From the IMG/VR virus record IMGVR_UViG_3300012953_000127, positions 1 through 30,804 of that record: a stretch of DNA of 30,804 nucleotides. One strand, 5' to 3'. How positions within the stretch are numbered: the first letter of the stretch is position 1; every line of letters starts with the position of its first letter. The position numbers and the translations under genes are program-made. This stretch comes from a virus (taxonomy: Duplodnaviria; Caudoviricetes). Shown piece after piece: positions 8,728-17,346 of the stretch. A model generated the notes under the pieces. It saw only the letters and a program-made list of their open reading frames with translations, had not been told where the DNA came from and did not search any database.

Positions 8728-9740
8728 ACAAGACCTATTCATACGACGACGTATTGTTAAAGCCGCAGTATTCGGAGATTCGTTCACGTAGCGAGATTGA
8801 TATATCTACTGATTTAGGAAAAGGAGTTGTTCTTCAATTGCCTGTCCTTGCCTCTCCTATGGATACCATATCGGAAGGTGCGATGGGCAGTGCGATGGGC
8901 GTCGTCGGCGGTAGCGCAATTATTCATCGCTACAATACAATTAAGGAGCAGATGAGTCACATTAATAAAGTTGAAGCGCCGCGCATTATCGGTGGTGCAA
9001 TTGGTATATCTGGTGATTATTTGGAGCGCGCCAGCGCGTTAGTTGATTACGGAGCAGACTTCTTGTGCGTCGACGTTGCGCACGGTCACCACATTATGAT
9101 GAAAGAGGCGCTATATGAACTTAGAAAATTATTCGGCGATGATTACCATATCATGGCCGGCAACGTAGCCACCCTTGAGGGCATTAATAACCTTGCTGAC
9201 TGGGGAGCAGACAGTGTACGTTGCAATATTGGTGGTGGCTCCATCTGCTCCACGCGCATACAGACAGGTCACGGACTACCAGGGCTTCAAACGATTATTG
9301 AATGTGCCAAAACAGACAGAGATGTTAAAATTATCGCCGATGGCGGCATCAAGAACTCTGGAGATATGGTTAAGGCACTAGCAGCAGGAGCAGACGCAGT
9401 GATGGTGGGCTCTCTGCTCGCAGGAACTACCGAGACACCTGGAGAAATTTATATGGATGCGAAGGGAGATCGTTGGAAAACTTATCGCGGAATGGCTTCT
9501 AAGGAGGCGCAAGTAGAATGGCGCGGAAAGTATTCGTCTTTTGAAGGAGTTGCTACCCGCGTTCCCCATCGAGGGCCGGTTAACATGATACTTGAGGATT
9601 TAGAAAAAGGCATCCGTTCTGGATTTTCATACACTGGAGCTAGAAGCCTCAAAGAGCTTCAAGCTAAAGCACAATTCGTAGCGCAAACCACATCAGGTTT
9701 GTCAGAAAGCCGCACGCACATTAATACGAGGAATTGGTAA
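8724..9740 (+). CDS. IMP dehydrogenase/GMP reductase family protein without a CBS domain
   Basis: [33 protein letters not shown] (catalytic Cys), IIADGGI, YRGMAS, EGV. Confidence 0.92.
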   Translation: MNKTYSYDDVLLKPQYSEIRSRSEIDISTDLGKGVVLQLPVLASPMDTISEGAMGSAMGVVGGSAIIHRYNTIKEQMSHINKVEAPRIIGGAIGISGDYLERASALVDYGADFLCVDVAHGHHIMMKEALYELRKLFGDDYHIMAGNVATLEGINNLADWGADSVRCNIGGGSICSTRIQTGHGLPGLQTIIECAKTDRDVKIIADGGIKNSGDMVKALAAGADAVMVGSLLAGTTETPGEIYMDAKGDRWKTYRGMASKEAQVEWRGKYSSFEGVATRVPHRGPVNMILEDLEKGIRSGFSYTGARSLKELQAKAQFVAQTTSGLSESRTHINTRNW

Positions 9741-10066
9741 TGTCAGATGACGTAGCCAATCCTCATCTGGATAAAAAGGTTGCGTTTGTTGAGAACACAC
9801 ATCAGCATGCCAAGCTTATCTTAAAGTTGCGGCATGACGGTGTTACACAATCAAAGTTCTTTCGGGCTATCATCGCTGGCTATCTTGATGGAGACGAGCG
9901 CATTCAAGGCTACATTGACGACATGAAGCCGCAGAATAAGAAAAAGAAAGCAAAATCAAAGCAGTTGAGAGACAAAGGAAAGCAGAAGATGGAAGATTTT
10001 GGATTGAACGACGGAGAGATAGAAAATATATTTGATCTCATTGAACAGGAGCACCCAGAACTATGA
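9740..10066 (+). CDS. Hypothetical protein, possible ribbon-helix-helix DNA-binding protein
   Basis: KKVAF...HAKLILKL..DGVTQSKFFRAII resembles the RHH strand-helix-helix pattern. Confidence 0.5.
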   Translation: MSDDVANPHLDKKVAFVENTHQHAKLILKLRHDGVTQSKFFRAIIAGYLDGDERIQGYIDDMKPQNKKKKAKSKQLRDKGKQKMEDFGLNDGEIENIFDLIEQEHPEL

Positions 10067-10326
10067 ACAAAGTTGACGGCTTGCGCGCATGCGCTCGCAA
10101 ATGCATGAAAAGAAAGAAACAATGCAAACAAACTGAGTGTAGATTGTGGCAAGATTACCCAGATGAATACAACTGTACACTGGTTTCTGTATATGAACAC
10201 GGACCCATGACCTTGCGTGAGATAGCGGAACGCGAGCATCTTTCATTTGCAAGGATTAAACAAATAGAAACAAAAGCCTTAAAAAAGCTCAAGTCGTTAA
10301 ATTTGATAGGATGTTTTCGTTTTTGA
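10063..10326 (+). CDS. Stand-alone sigma-70 region 4 HTH protein with a Cys-rich N-terminus
   Basis: MTLREIAEREHLSFARIKQIETKALKKLK matches sigma region 4.2 (TLEEVG....VTRERIRQIEAKALRKLR). Five Cys in the N-terminal half. Confidence 0.8.
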   Translation: MNKVDGLRACARKCMKRKKQCKQTECRLWQDYPDEYNCTLVSVYEHGPMTLREIAEREHLSFARIKQIETKALKKLKSLNLIGCFRF

Positions 10327-10390
10327 TGCCATTATCAAAAGATGTTACTATTTATTTTTGAAGTTTTGTCATTACACAAGGAGATTTACA

Positions 10391-11002
10391 ATGGCTCGTA
10401 AGAAATTATTATCAGAAGGCGAGATTCGCCAGTTTATGAAGCTCGCTAACTTGCGACCAATTAGCAACCAACGTCTTAGCGAATATGGCATGTCCCCTGG
10501 TGCCCGCGACGATGAAATGGGCGATGAAATGGATCCAGAAGGCATGGGCGCCCCTGAAGAGCCCCCTGTGGAAGACGAGTTGCCTCCCATGGACGACGAG
10601 TTGCCTCCCATGGACGACGAGGGCGCCACCCCCGAAGTTGACGAAGATCTCGCACAAGAGCTAGCTCAAGGTTTTGCTGATGTTATGCAGGACGTTTTGG
10701 GAGTTGCTGTTGAGGTTGAGGGTGATGCCGCTCCCGTCGAAGACGAAATGGGCGATATGGAAGCCGCATTAGACGTCGCGCCTGAAGGAGGTGAGGAATC
10801 TGGCGCAGACATGATGGGCGACATGGAAGACGAAGATGAAGATCCAGTTGGCATGCGCGATGGCGGCATGTATGAAAACCAGGATCAGATTGTCGCCGAA
10901 GTTGCTAAACGAGTTGCGGCTCGCCTTCAGCGTGAGTCTCGTAAAGAGCAAATGGTCGATCAGTTAGCTGAGCGCATTATGAAGAGGCTTACAAACAAGT
11001 AG
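10391..11002 (+). CDS. Highly acidic low-complexity protein, possible head scaffold or internal protein
   Basis: AAGGAG SD, then MARKKLLSE..IRQFMKLA; D/E/M/P-rich middle; helical C-terminus. Confidence 0.6.
   Translation: MARKKLLSEGEIRQFMKLANLRPISNQRLSEYGMSPGARDDEMGDEMDPEGMGAPEEPPVEDELPPMDDELPPMDDEGATPEVDEDLAQELAQGFADVMQDVLGVAVEVEGDAAPVEDEMGDMEAALDVAPEGGEESGADMMGDMEDEDEDPVGMRDGGMYENQDQIVAEVAKRVAARLQRESRKEQMVDQLAERIMKRLTNK
10574..10621 (+). repeat. 21-bp in-frame tandem repeat (about 2.3 copies, DELPPMD)
   Basis: GACGAGTTGCCTCCCATGGAC twice, exact, followed by GACGAG. Confidence 0.95.
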
Positions 11003-11003
11003 G

Positions 11004-11032
11004 TTGACATATTCGTTAAGCTATGATATATT
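11004..11032 (+). promoter_or_regulatory. Sigma70-type promoter
   Basis: TTGACA-17bp-TATATT with an extended -10 TG. Confidence 0.75.
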
Positions 11033-11064
11033 AACCACTGGAACTCTCCAGTGGTTATTTTTTT
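11032..11064 (+). terminator. Intrinsic terminator
   Basis: 11-bp perfect stem TAACCACTGGA/TCCAGTGGTTA, ACTC loop, followed by T7. Confidence 0.85.
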
Positions 11065-11073
11065 GAGGTGATT

Positions 11074-11496
11074 ATGGGTCCGTGGTGGTTGTATGTGCTG
11101 GTTTTTATATTTGGGTATCTTACTCATAAGACCTTTTATTTCTTGCGATCTATAAGGATAAGCATTGGTTTAATACGAGTGTCACAACTAGTTAGTTTAG
11201 CAGTGCTAGCGAAATCAATGGAGAACTTTTATTACTCTCACACAGCGCGCCTTCGTCACATGCGAGAGCACGACGAGAGTGAAAACACTATCAAAGATGT
11301 TCGTCGGTCATTTAACGCGGAAATTATGGCATATAAAGAGAGAGCAATAAAAGAAATGTTAGAGCTTCACCCTAAATTTTACGATCCAATTGTAAAATTT
11401 GACAATTGGAAGAGCGGAATGAGCTTTTTAGAAGAGAACAGGGTGTTCGTATTAAACTTACTTTCACAGGATAAAAATGATAAAGAAAATACTTGA
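11074..11496 (+). CDS. Hypothetical protein with an N-terminal TM segment
   Basis: GAGGTG SD; WWLYVLVFIFGYL hydrophobic start; overlaps the downstream clpP. Confidence 0.7.
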   Translation: MGPWWLYVLVFIFGYLTHKTFYFLRSIRISIGLIRVSQLVSLAVLAKSMENFYYSHTARLRHMREHDESENTIKDVRRSFNAEIMAYKERAIKEMLELHPKFYDPIVKFDNWKSGMSFLEENRVFVLNLLSQDKNDKENT

Positions 11497-12106
11497 TAAA
11501 ATAATAGCATCTGACGATGATCAAAAGATAGTGCTTTTAGATCCTGCTGCATTGAGTGCCGCGGCCCCAGAGCCAGATCTGAGAATCATCGGAATGTTTT
11601 GCGATGTTCATGAAGAAAAAGTGGCTGAAGTTATTCACGCGATGTTATATCTTAACGAAATGAATAGATTGCAGGAAAAACCAGAACTTAAAAGACCAAT
11701 TGAGTTTTACCTATCAACATATGGCGGAAGCGCTGACGATATGTTTGCGCTCTATGATATTATGCGAGGCATCCGCCAGGAGACAGAGATACACACGCTC
11801 GGCTTAGGTAAGGTTATGTCGGCTGGTGTGTTATTGCTGGCTGGTGGTACGAAAGGTAAGCGCCGCATAGCCAAGAACTGTCGCGTGATGATACATTCTG
11901 TCGCCGCCGGCAACGCTGGGGCTCTACACGATTTAACAAACGAGCTTGAAGCTATTCAAGATCTTCAAGATATGTATACAAGATGCTTAGTTGCGGAGAC
12001 AGATATGACCGAACAAGATATAAAGGATATGCTTAATCGCAATGTTAACGTCTATTTATCAGCAGTAGAGGCAGTTAAACTTGGGATTGCAGACATCATC
12101 GTATAG
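11477..12106 (+). CDS. clpP: Second ClpP-family protease
   Basis: STYGGS, GKVMSAG (Ser), VMIHS (His), YLSA.EAVKLGIAD.I. The expected Asp position appears to be Asn. Confidence 0.88.
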   Translation: MIKKILDKIIASDDDQKIVLLDPAALSAAAPEPDLRIIGMFCDVHEEKVAEVIHAMLYLNEMNRLQEKPELKRPIEFYLSTYGGSADDMFALYDIMRGIRQETEIHTLGLGKVMSAGVLLLAGGTKGKRRIAKNCRVMIHSVAAGNAGALHDLTNELEAIQDLQDMYTRCLVAETDMTEQDIKDMLNRNVNVYLSAVEAVKLGIADIIV

Positions 12107-12116
12107 GAATTAAGAA

Positions 12117-13679
12117 ATGTCAGATTATATAAAAGATATGTTTATTGAGGTGAGAGAAGAGCCTAAAAAAACAGACAAGAATATCAACGTCAACACGTTA
12201 CTAGAGATTATTGAGCAGACTATGAACTCGCTCAACGCTGTACACATAAAGACAGCCGGATATTCATTGACTGAAGAAGAAGATGTTATTGACATTACTG
12301 GCGAGGACGAAAACGATGACGACGTGCAAACAATCCGACGCCCAGTCGTTAAAATCACAGAGGCGTGGGGAAGCCCAGAGAATGTAGACAGACAAGTTAT
12401 GGAGTCTATGTTGTCTCAAATTGAAGGGGGCACCGTTGAAGATAAGGTTCAAAGCGTTAACGACTTTGTAAATAATCCTCCCGAGGAACTTGGAGGAGAT
12501 ATATCTAAGATTATGTCTTACTTAATCTTCTTGGATACGTTTGCTAGTATTATTAACGATTACGGTGCATCGGTGAGCGGTTTCCTTTTTGAAGCTTTCC
12601 TTGCTGCTTTGTTTGGAGGCACTTCAATTCAAGTAGATGATCCCGAGCAGGTTGGCGCAAAGGGCTCTCTACCGATTGAGGACAACCAGCTTTACATCCA
12701 ACTTAAAGCACAGTCTGAAGATCCTGATGCAGAACCTAACTGGGACATTGTGCCTTATAGTCTTAAGGTTCTAAGACAAGATGGTGTCGTGCACGGTTCT
12801 TTTAAGAACTTGGTTGATTTCTTTCTCGACCCCGCACCCCAGCGCAAGTCTGACTCGGTTGTATACTTGGTTGTCATTAAAGAAGGTCAGAAGGACGAAG
12901 AGGGCAAGAATGTTGCGACAGGTAGATTGCACTTCTATGAATTTGAATTGACCCGCGAAAACTTTATGCAGATGATTGGCGCACCAACAGAGGTAAATGT
13001 ATTTGGTTACGTCCCAGTTACGTTGCCGCGCAATGTAAAGCAGCCTATTGTTGGTCAGTATTATTTTGAAAAGGAAGACGGCAGAGGCTCATTGAGAAAA
13101 GCAGCCGCAGAATTCCCATACGGCAGTAAAGATATGCCGTTATATAAATACTCTGAAGATGAAGCCCCATCACCAGGAGAGAGAATTGCGAAAGGCACCG
13201 AGGTTTTAAGACTTCAGGTTGTGGGAACAGAAGACTTGATTAAAGGTACTGCTGAAAAGCTATATACACCCGAACAACATAAAGACATTATGTCTAAATT
13301 TGGAGGTGCTGGCGAAAGAGCAGAGATCGATCGAGCAGCATTTGCCGCACTCAAGCAAACAAAAGGCTACGGAAGTAAAGTTGCTGGTGGCGCTCAATGG
13401 TCAATCACCAAAAAAGAATACAAAAAAGGCTTTAAGGGCACATTAGACTTAAACGCTGACAAGATTGAAGCCATGGCAGTGGAATATACGAGAACTCTAA
13501 ACCAAAGCCTTATTAATATCTTTAATGCGTTGGGAGATCTGACAGACAATATCAATAGCTATTTCATCGCTGGAGATAAATCACAAGGCGTCGAGGCCAA
13601 GACAAATGCTACAAAACTCAGAGATGCAGTTAACGATGTTATACCCGAAGAAGCAATTGAACAAAAAGCCGCAGAATAA
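12117..13679 (+). CDS. Hypothetical protein with a possible restriction-endonuclease-like (PD-(D/E)XK) domain
   Basis: GFLFEAFLAALFGG ... PIED ... YSLK arrangement; acidic N-terminal region. Confidence 0.45.
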   Translation: MSDYIKDMFIEVREEPKKTDKNINVNTLLEIIEQTMNSLNAVHIKTAGYSLTEEEDVIDITGEDENDDDVQTIRRPVVKITEAWGSPENVDRQVMESMLSQIEGGTVEDKVQSVNDFVNNPPEELGGDISKIMSYLIFLDTFASIINDYGASVSGFLFEAFLAALFGGTSIQVDDPEQVGAKGSLPIEDNQLYIQLKAQSEDPDAEPNWDIVPYSLKVLRQDGVVHGSFKNLVDFFLDPAPQRKSDSVVYLVVIKEGQKDEEGKNVATGRLHFYEFELTRENFMQMIGAPTEVNVFGYVPVTLPRNVKQPIVGQYYFEKEDGRGSLRKAAAEFPYGSKDMPLYKYSEDEAPSPGERIAKGTEVLRLQVVGTEDLIKGTAEKLYTPEQHKDIMSKFGGAGERAEIDRAAFAALKQTKGYGSKVAGGAQWSITKKEYKKGFKGTLDLNADKIEAMAVEYTRTLNQSLINIFNALGDLTDNINSYFIAGDKSQGVEAKTNATKLRDAVNDVIPEEAIEQKAAE

Positions 13680-13681
13680 CC

Positions 13682-13710
13682 TTGACAAAAAAGTATTCAG
13701 GTATTATAAT
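13682..13710 (+). promoter_or_regulatory. Sigma70-type promoter for groEL
   Basis: Perfect TTGACA-17bp-TATAAT in the intergenic gap. Confidence 0.9.
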
Positions 13711-13732
13711 ATAAACTAACCATGAGGGAATA

Positions 13733-15304
13733 ATGAGCAGAGCTTATGATGATAATCAAACTCTACAACAGAAGATTATTAAGGGCGCAAACGTACTGGC
13801 AGACAACGTAGCGTCAACACTTGGACCGAAAGGTCGCAATGTTCTGCTAAAAGAAAAAGACAAACAACCATTTATCACCAAAGACGGTGTGACTGTCGCA
13901 GCGTTCGTAGAGCTGGAGGATCCTTTTGAAAATGCCGGCGCTCAAATCTTACGCCAAGCGGCTATTGAAACGAATAACGAAGCAGGAGACGGAACCACAA
14001 CCTCCACAGTTCTCGCAAGAGCGATCTTGCGCGAATCCCAACAATTCATTGCATCCGGTATCTCTCCTATCGAGCTACAACGTGGCATCGATTTGGCTGT
14101 TAGGGAAGTGGTGACCAATTTAAAGGAACTGTCGCAACCAGTTAAGAGTGTTACTGATATTGAGCATGTTGCTGCTATATCGGCTAATAACGACCTTGCA
14201 ATTGGCAAATTGATTGCCACTGCGGTTGATAAAGTCGGACAAGATGGCTCGATTACTATTGAAGAATCTCGCTCTCTGGACACTTCTTTGGATATTACTG
14301 AAGGCTTTAGGTTTGATGCCGGATGGTGCGCTAGCGCTTTTGTTACAGATGAAAGGCGCGGAGTCATGCATCACGAAGAGCCTTTATTTCTGGTTACTGA
14401 TCATAAGATTTCAAATGTGGAATCTATCTTGCCCGTGTTGGAAATGATTGCAAGAGAGAACCGACCCCTCGTTATCGTTGCGGAGGATATTGAAGGTCAG
14501 GCGCTAGCGGCGATGATTATGAATGCAATGCGTGGAACACTAAAAGTAGCAGGCATCAAGGCTCCGATGTACGGAGAGGAGCGCCGCCACATCCTTGCTG
14601 ATCTGGCGATATCAGTGGGCGCAAGCTTTATTACGCGCGAGAGCGGCGCAAAACTTACAGACGTCCAGATGTCAGATTTAGGAACCGCCAAGCTTGTTGA
14701 AAGTAATAAATTTAGCACGACAATCGTCGGAGGTCAGTGTGATTATACAAATATCGAAGATCGAATTGAATCACTCAAACAACTGATAAAAGATACGGAT
14801 TCCATCGATCAATGTAAGAGAATTCAGGAGCGGATTGTTAGATTATCATCCGGCGTTGCAGTGATTCGTGTTGGCGGTGTTACCGAGGTTGAGATGATAG
14901 AGAGAAAGCATCGGATTGAGGACGCTCTAGAGGCTGTTCGATCTGCACAGCAAGAAGGAATAATATGCGGCGGTGGAACGTCGCTAGTGTTGGCTTGTGA
15001 AAAGATTGCGATCACTACCGACAACCCCCAGCAGGCATACGGCGCCACGGTAATTAAGCAAGCTTGCCGAGAACCACTTAGGCAAATGGCACTAAACGCT
15101 AATGAATCTCCAGACATAATAATTCAGGAAATTTTATCAGCGAACAAAAATTATGGCTGGAATTTTAGGACTGGAGAGTTAGTTAATCTATTTAAGAGTG
15201 GTGTTATAGATCCTGTTAAAGTTACCCGCACAGCTCTTCAGAATGCAGCTAGTTGTGCGGGCACCTTGATTACCACCAACTATGGGATCATACAAACGGA
15301 GTAA
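13733..15304 (+). CDS. groEL: Chaperonin GroEL (phage-type, no GGM tail)
   Basis: TLGPKGRNV, ITKDGVTVA, AGDGTTT, RIEDAL, GGG, GVIDPVKVTRTALQNAAS. Confidence 0.96.
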   Translation: MSRAYDDNQTLQQKIIKGANVLADNVASTLGPKGRNVLLKEKDKQPFITKDGVTVAAFVELEDPFENAGAQILRQAAIETNNEAGDGTTTSTVLARAILRESQQFIASGISPIELQRGIDLAVREVVTNLKELSQPVKSVTDIEHVAAISANNDLAIGKLIATAVDKVGQDGSITIEESRSLDTSLDITEGFRFDAGWCASAFVTDERRGVMHHEEPLFLVTDHKISNVESILPVLEMIARENRPLVIVAEDIEGQALAAMIMNAMRGTLKVAGIKAPMYGEERRHILADLAISVGASFITRESGAKLTDVQMSDLGTAKLVESNKFSTTIVGGQCDYTNIEDRIESLKQLIKDTDSIDQCKRIQERIVRLSSGVAVIRVGGVTEVEMIERKHRIEDALEAVRSAQQEGIICGGGTSLVLACEKIAITTDNPQQAYGATVIKQACREPLRQMALNANESPDIIIQEILSANKNYGWNFRTGELVNLFKSGVIDPVKVTRTALQNAASCAGTLITTNYGIIQTE

Positions 15305-15308
15305 ACTT

Positions 15309-15533
15309 ATGACAGATAACAAAAGCAAAGGAGACTTAGTGTGGATTCCGCAAGATACAAGACTGCACTGGCTCCGAGAAGACAGCGATAAAAGATACTT
15401 GGTTACAGATGCTCCGCGCACAGCAGTTGTGTGCGAGCAGAACGACAGAAGCTATGATGTATTTTTAGAAGGAAAAATGTGGACAATAAACAAGATGCTC
15501 ACATATCACGTGGAAGGTCAATATGCTCGTTAA
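15309..15533 (+). CDS. Small beta-rich (SH3/KOW-like) protein
   Basis: KGDLVWI N-terminal motif. Start re-called after a GGAG SD. Confidence 0.6.
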   Translation: MTDNKSKGDLVWIPQDTRLHWLREDSDKRYLVTDAPRTAVVCEQNDRSYDVFLEGKMWTINKMLTYHVEGQYAR

Positions 15534-15813
15534 ACTTACAGAAGTGTGTAACAACGGCGCGGTAACAACTAATAAGATGTATTCATTGCGAGAAGTTTTT
15601 ATAAATCCAGAGCATGTGGTAATGATACGAGAAGAGAAAAGAATGAGAGAGCTAAATGAGAATGGCAAAGTGGCTTCCGGCTTGGACGCCGCTCATAAAT
15701 TTTCTAAATTGACCATCAATAGAGGTCAAGCTGGCACTGAGATTGTAGTGGTTGGCTCTCCTGAAATTATTGAGACTACGCTTAACAGCGTAAAGCAACT
15801 ACTAAGAGGATAA
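15523..15813 (+). CDS. FlbD-like small protein
   Basis: MLVKLT...FINPEHVVMIRE...IVVVGSPEII resembles the FlbD/SwrD pattern (MIKLT..LNPDLI..IE...VVKES.EEV). Confidence 0.5.
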   Translation: MLVKLTEVCNNGAVTTNKMYSLREVFINPEHVVMIREEKRMRELNENGKVASGLDAAHKFSKLTINRGQAGTEIVVVGSPEIIETTLNSVKQLLRG

Positions 15814-15814
15814 G

Positions 15815-16219
15815 ATGGGACAAAGAGTAAATATTCAATATTCAATTGAAATAGAATCACTAGAAGGAGAGGTGTCAAGGCTCTTAAACCAGGCTTTGGA
15901 TAGGGTGCGAATTGCGCATGCCGATTTTGGAGACACCAGTAATGTTCTTTCGGTTGAATCCACTCAGCAAATCGACTATCTGCGTACAGAATTGTCGCAC
16001 GTTGATCAAACTCTAGCAGATGCAAATCGACTTATAGCTGGGTATCTTTCTTATAATGCTTCACTGATCGATTCATCGATGAATAATGAAAAGGCGGATA
16101 GCACAAGTGCCCCAGAGAGAACCGCACAGTTGCAACAGCAAAGTGAGGATGTTTTAGGAAGTGTTGAGAGAATAATTCAAAATTTCAAAGATGGTGCTGA
16201 ATCTGATATTCTACCATGA
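15815..16219 (+). CDS. Hypothetical coiled-coil protein
   Basis: Tightly packed ORF with a GAGGA SD. Confidence 0.7.
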   Translation: MGQRVNIQYSIEIESLEGEVSRLLNQALDRVRIAHADFGDTSNVLSVESTQQIDYLRTELSHVDQTLADANRLIAGYLSYNASLIDSSMNNEKADSTSAPERTAQLQQQSEDVLGSVERIIQNFKDGAESDILP

Positions 16220-16977
16220 AGAGCCCCATTGTTGACCAAAATGCATTTGTTTCTGGGATGGTCTTAAAGGAATTAATTCCCAAAGGCAGTATTGTAGAAT
16301 CGTTTTTGCTCTATGCCGGGGAGATGGAGCTTTCACTATCCTCAAAAGACAGGCTCGTTATAGCACATACAAACAAATATTCAGTGTATGAATTTTGGTG
16401 GATGGCAAAAAATAGAACCAAGCAAATCGCATCGCTAGCTCAGGAAATTCTACCGGGATTAACTGAAGACATACTATATAGACTTCAAGATGACTGGATG
16501 AGCCAAAGAGACCCCGCATATCGATCTGCGTTGTTTTATATACTTAACCGCTGCTCATCGAACGGAAGGGTAACATGTGGCAAGATTGATAAGGCAAAAC
16601 TATCGCCCATAACGATTAATCGTTTCAAAAATATGACTATAGAAAACTTACATCTTATTTTAGATAAGTCTGATGACGTACACAATAGCTTTAGCGGGCA
16701 TAATATAAAGTCGGACTTTAGATTTTTTCCTGTCGGACATTTTGGATTAAACTTACTTGATGCTGGCTCTCATGGCGCCACAGATCAGGCATATCTAAAT
16801 CACGATAGGCTCTATCGGCAATTGCTAAAAGCAGATGCCAAGTGGATTATTTTATACAAGTATCATAAAAAAGTTATAGAAAAATATAAAGGTTATAATA
16901 TTATAATGAATGACGCATACGGAAATCGAACGCGCCAAATCGATAACTGCGAGGACATAATTGTTACAAATTTCTAG
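16216..16977 (+). CDS. Degenerate D12-class (Dam-like) adenine methyltransferase homologue
   Basis: RSALFYILNR.S.NG, KWII.Y.....I.EKYKGYNI and EDIIVTNF match the Dam layout. DPPY and the FxGxG motif are absent. Confidence 0.6.
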   Translation: MKSPIVDQNAFVSGMVLKELIPKGSIVESFLLYAGEMELSLSSKDRLVIAHTNKYSVYEFWWMAKNRTKQIASLAQEILPGLTEDILYRLQDDWMSQRDPAYRSALFYILNRCSSNGRVTCGKIDKAKLSPITINRFKNMTIENLHLILDKSDDVHNSFSGHNIKSDFRFFPVGHFGLNLLDAGSHGATDQAYLNHDRLYRQLLKADAKWIILYKYHKKVIEKYKGYNIIMNDAYGNRTRQIDNCEDIIVTNF

Positions 16978-17317
16978 TAAGCTAGTGTTGGCGATGAGCC
17001 TGTTTGCATTGGGACAAACCCTAGCGTGGTTTCAGATTAATAGCCAGTTTGTGTGGGAGTGGTGGAAGCAGCATCCTATCGTTGCGGTTATTGTCTATGG
17101 GCTCCCAACGGGCTTGTGTTTTTTGTATGGCGTTAAGTTTGCCTACGAAGAGATGGGGCAAGTATGGGGCCCAAGGTTCTTGATCTTTAGTATGTCCTAC
17201 CTGACCTTTCCGATATTGACGTGGTACTTCCTCAACGAGAGTATGTTTACGACGAAGACGATGATTTGCGTGTTTTTGTCGATGCTTATCGTTGCCGTTC
17301 AACTGTTTTGGAGATAG
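16961..17317 (+). CDS. Small 4-TM membrane protein (DMT/SMR-like)
   Basis: Four hydrophobic segments; ILTWYFLNE.....T.I matches the DMT C-terminal pattern. Confidence 0.65.
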   Translation: MLQISSKLVLAMSLFALGQTLAWFQINSQFVWEWWKQHPIVAVIVYGLPTGLCFLYGVKFAYEEMGQVWGPRFLIFSMSYLTFPILTWYFLNESMFTTKTMICVFLSMLIVAVQLFWR

Positions 17318-17346
17318 CAAACTATTTATAATGTTGAGGTTTATTT

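Noticed and set aside
8878-8900. 11-bp tandem GTGCGATGGGC
   Set aside because: Short in-frame repeat (AMG-S-AMG) with no evident significance.
15523-15813. GroES candidate by size and position
   Set aside because: No PLxDRV or mobile-loop GGI motif; the pattern fits FlbD-like proteins better.
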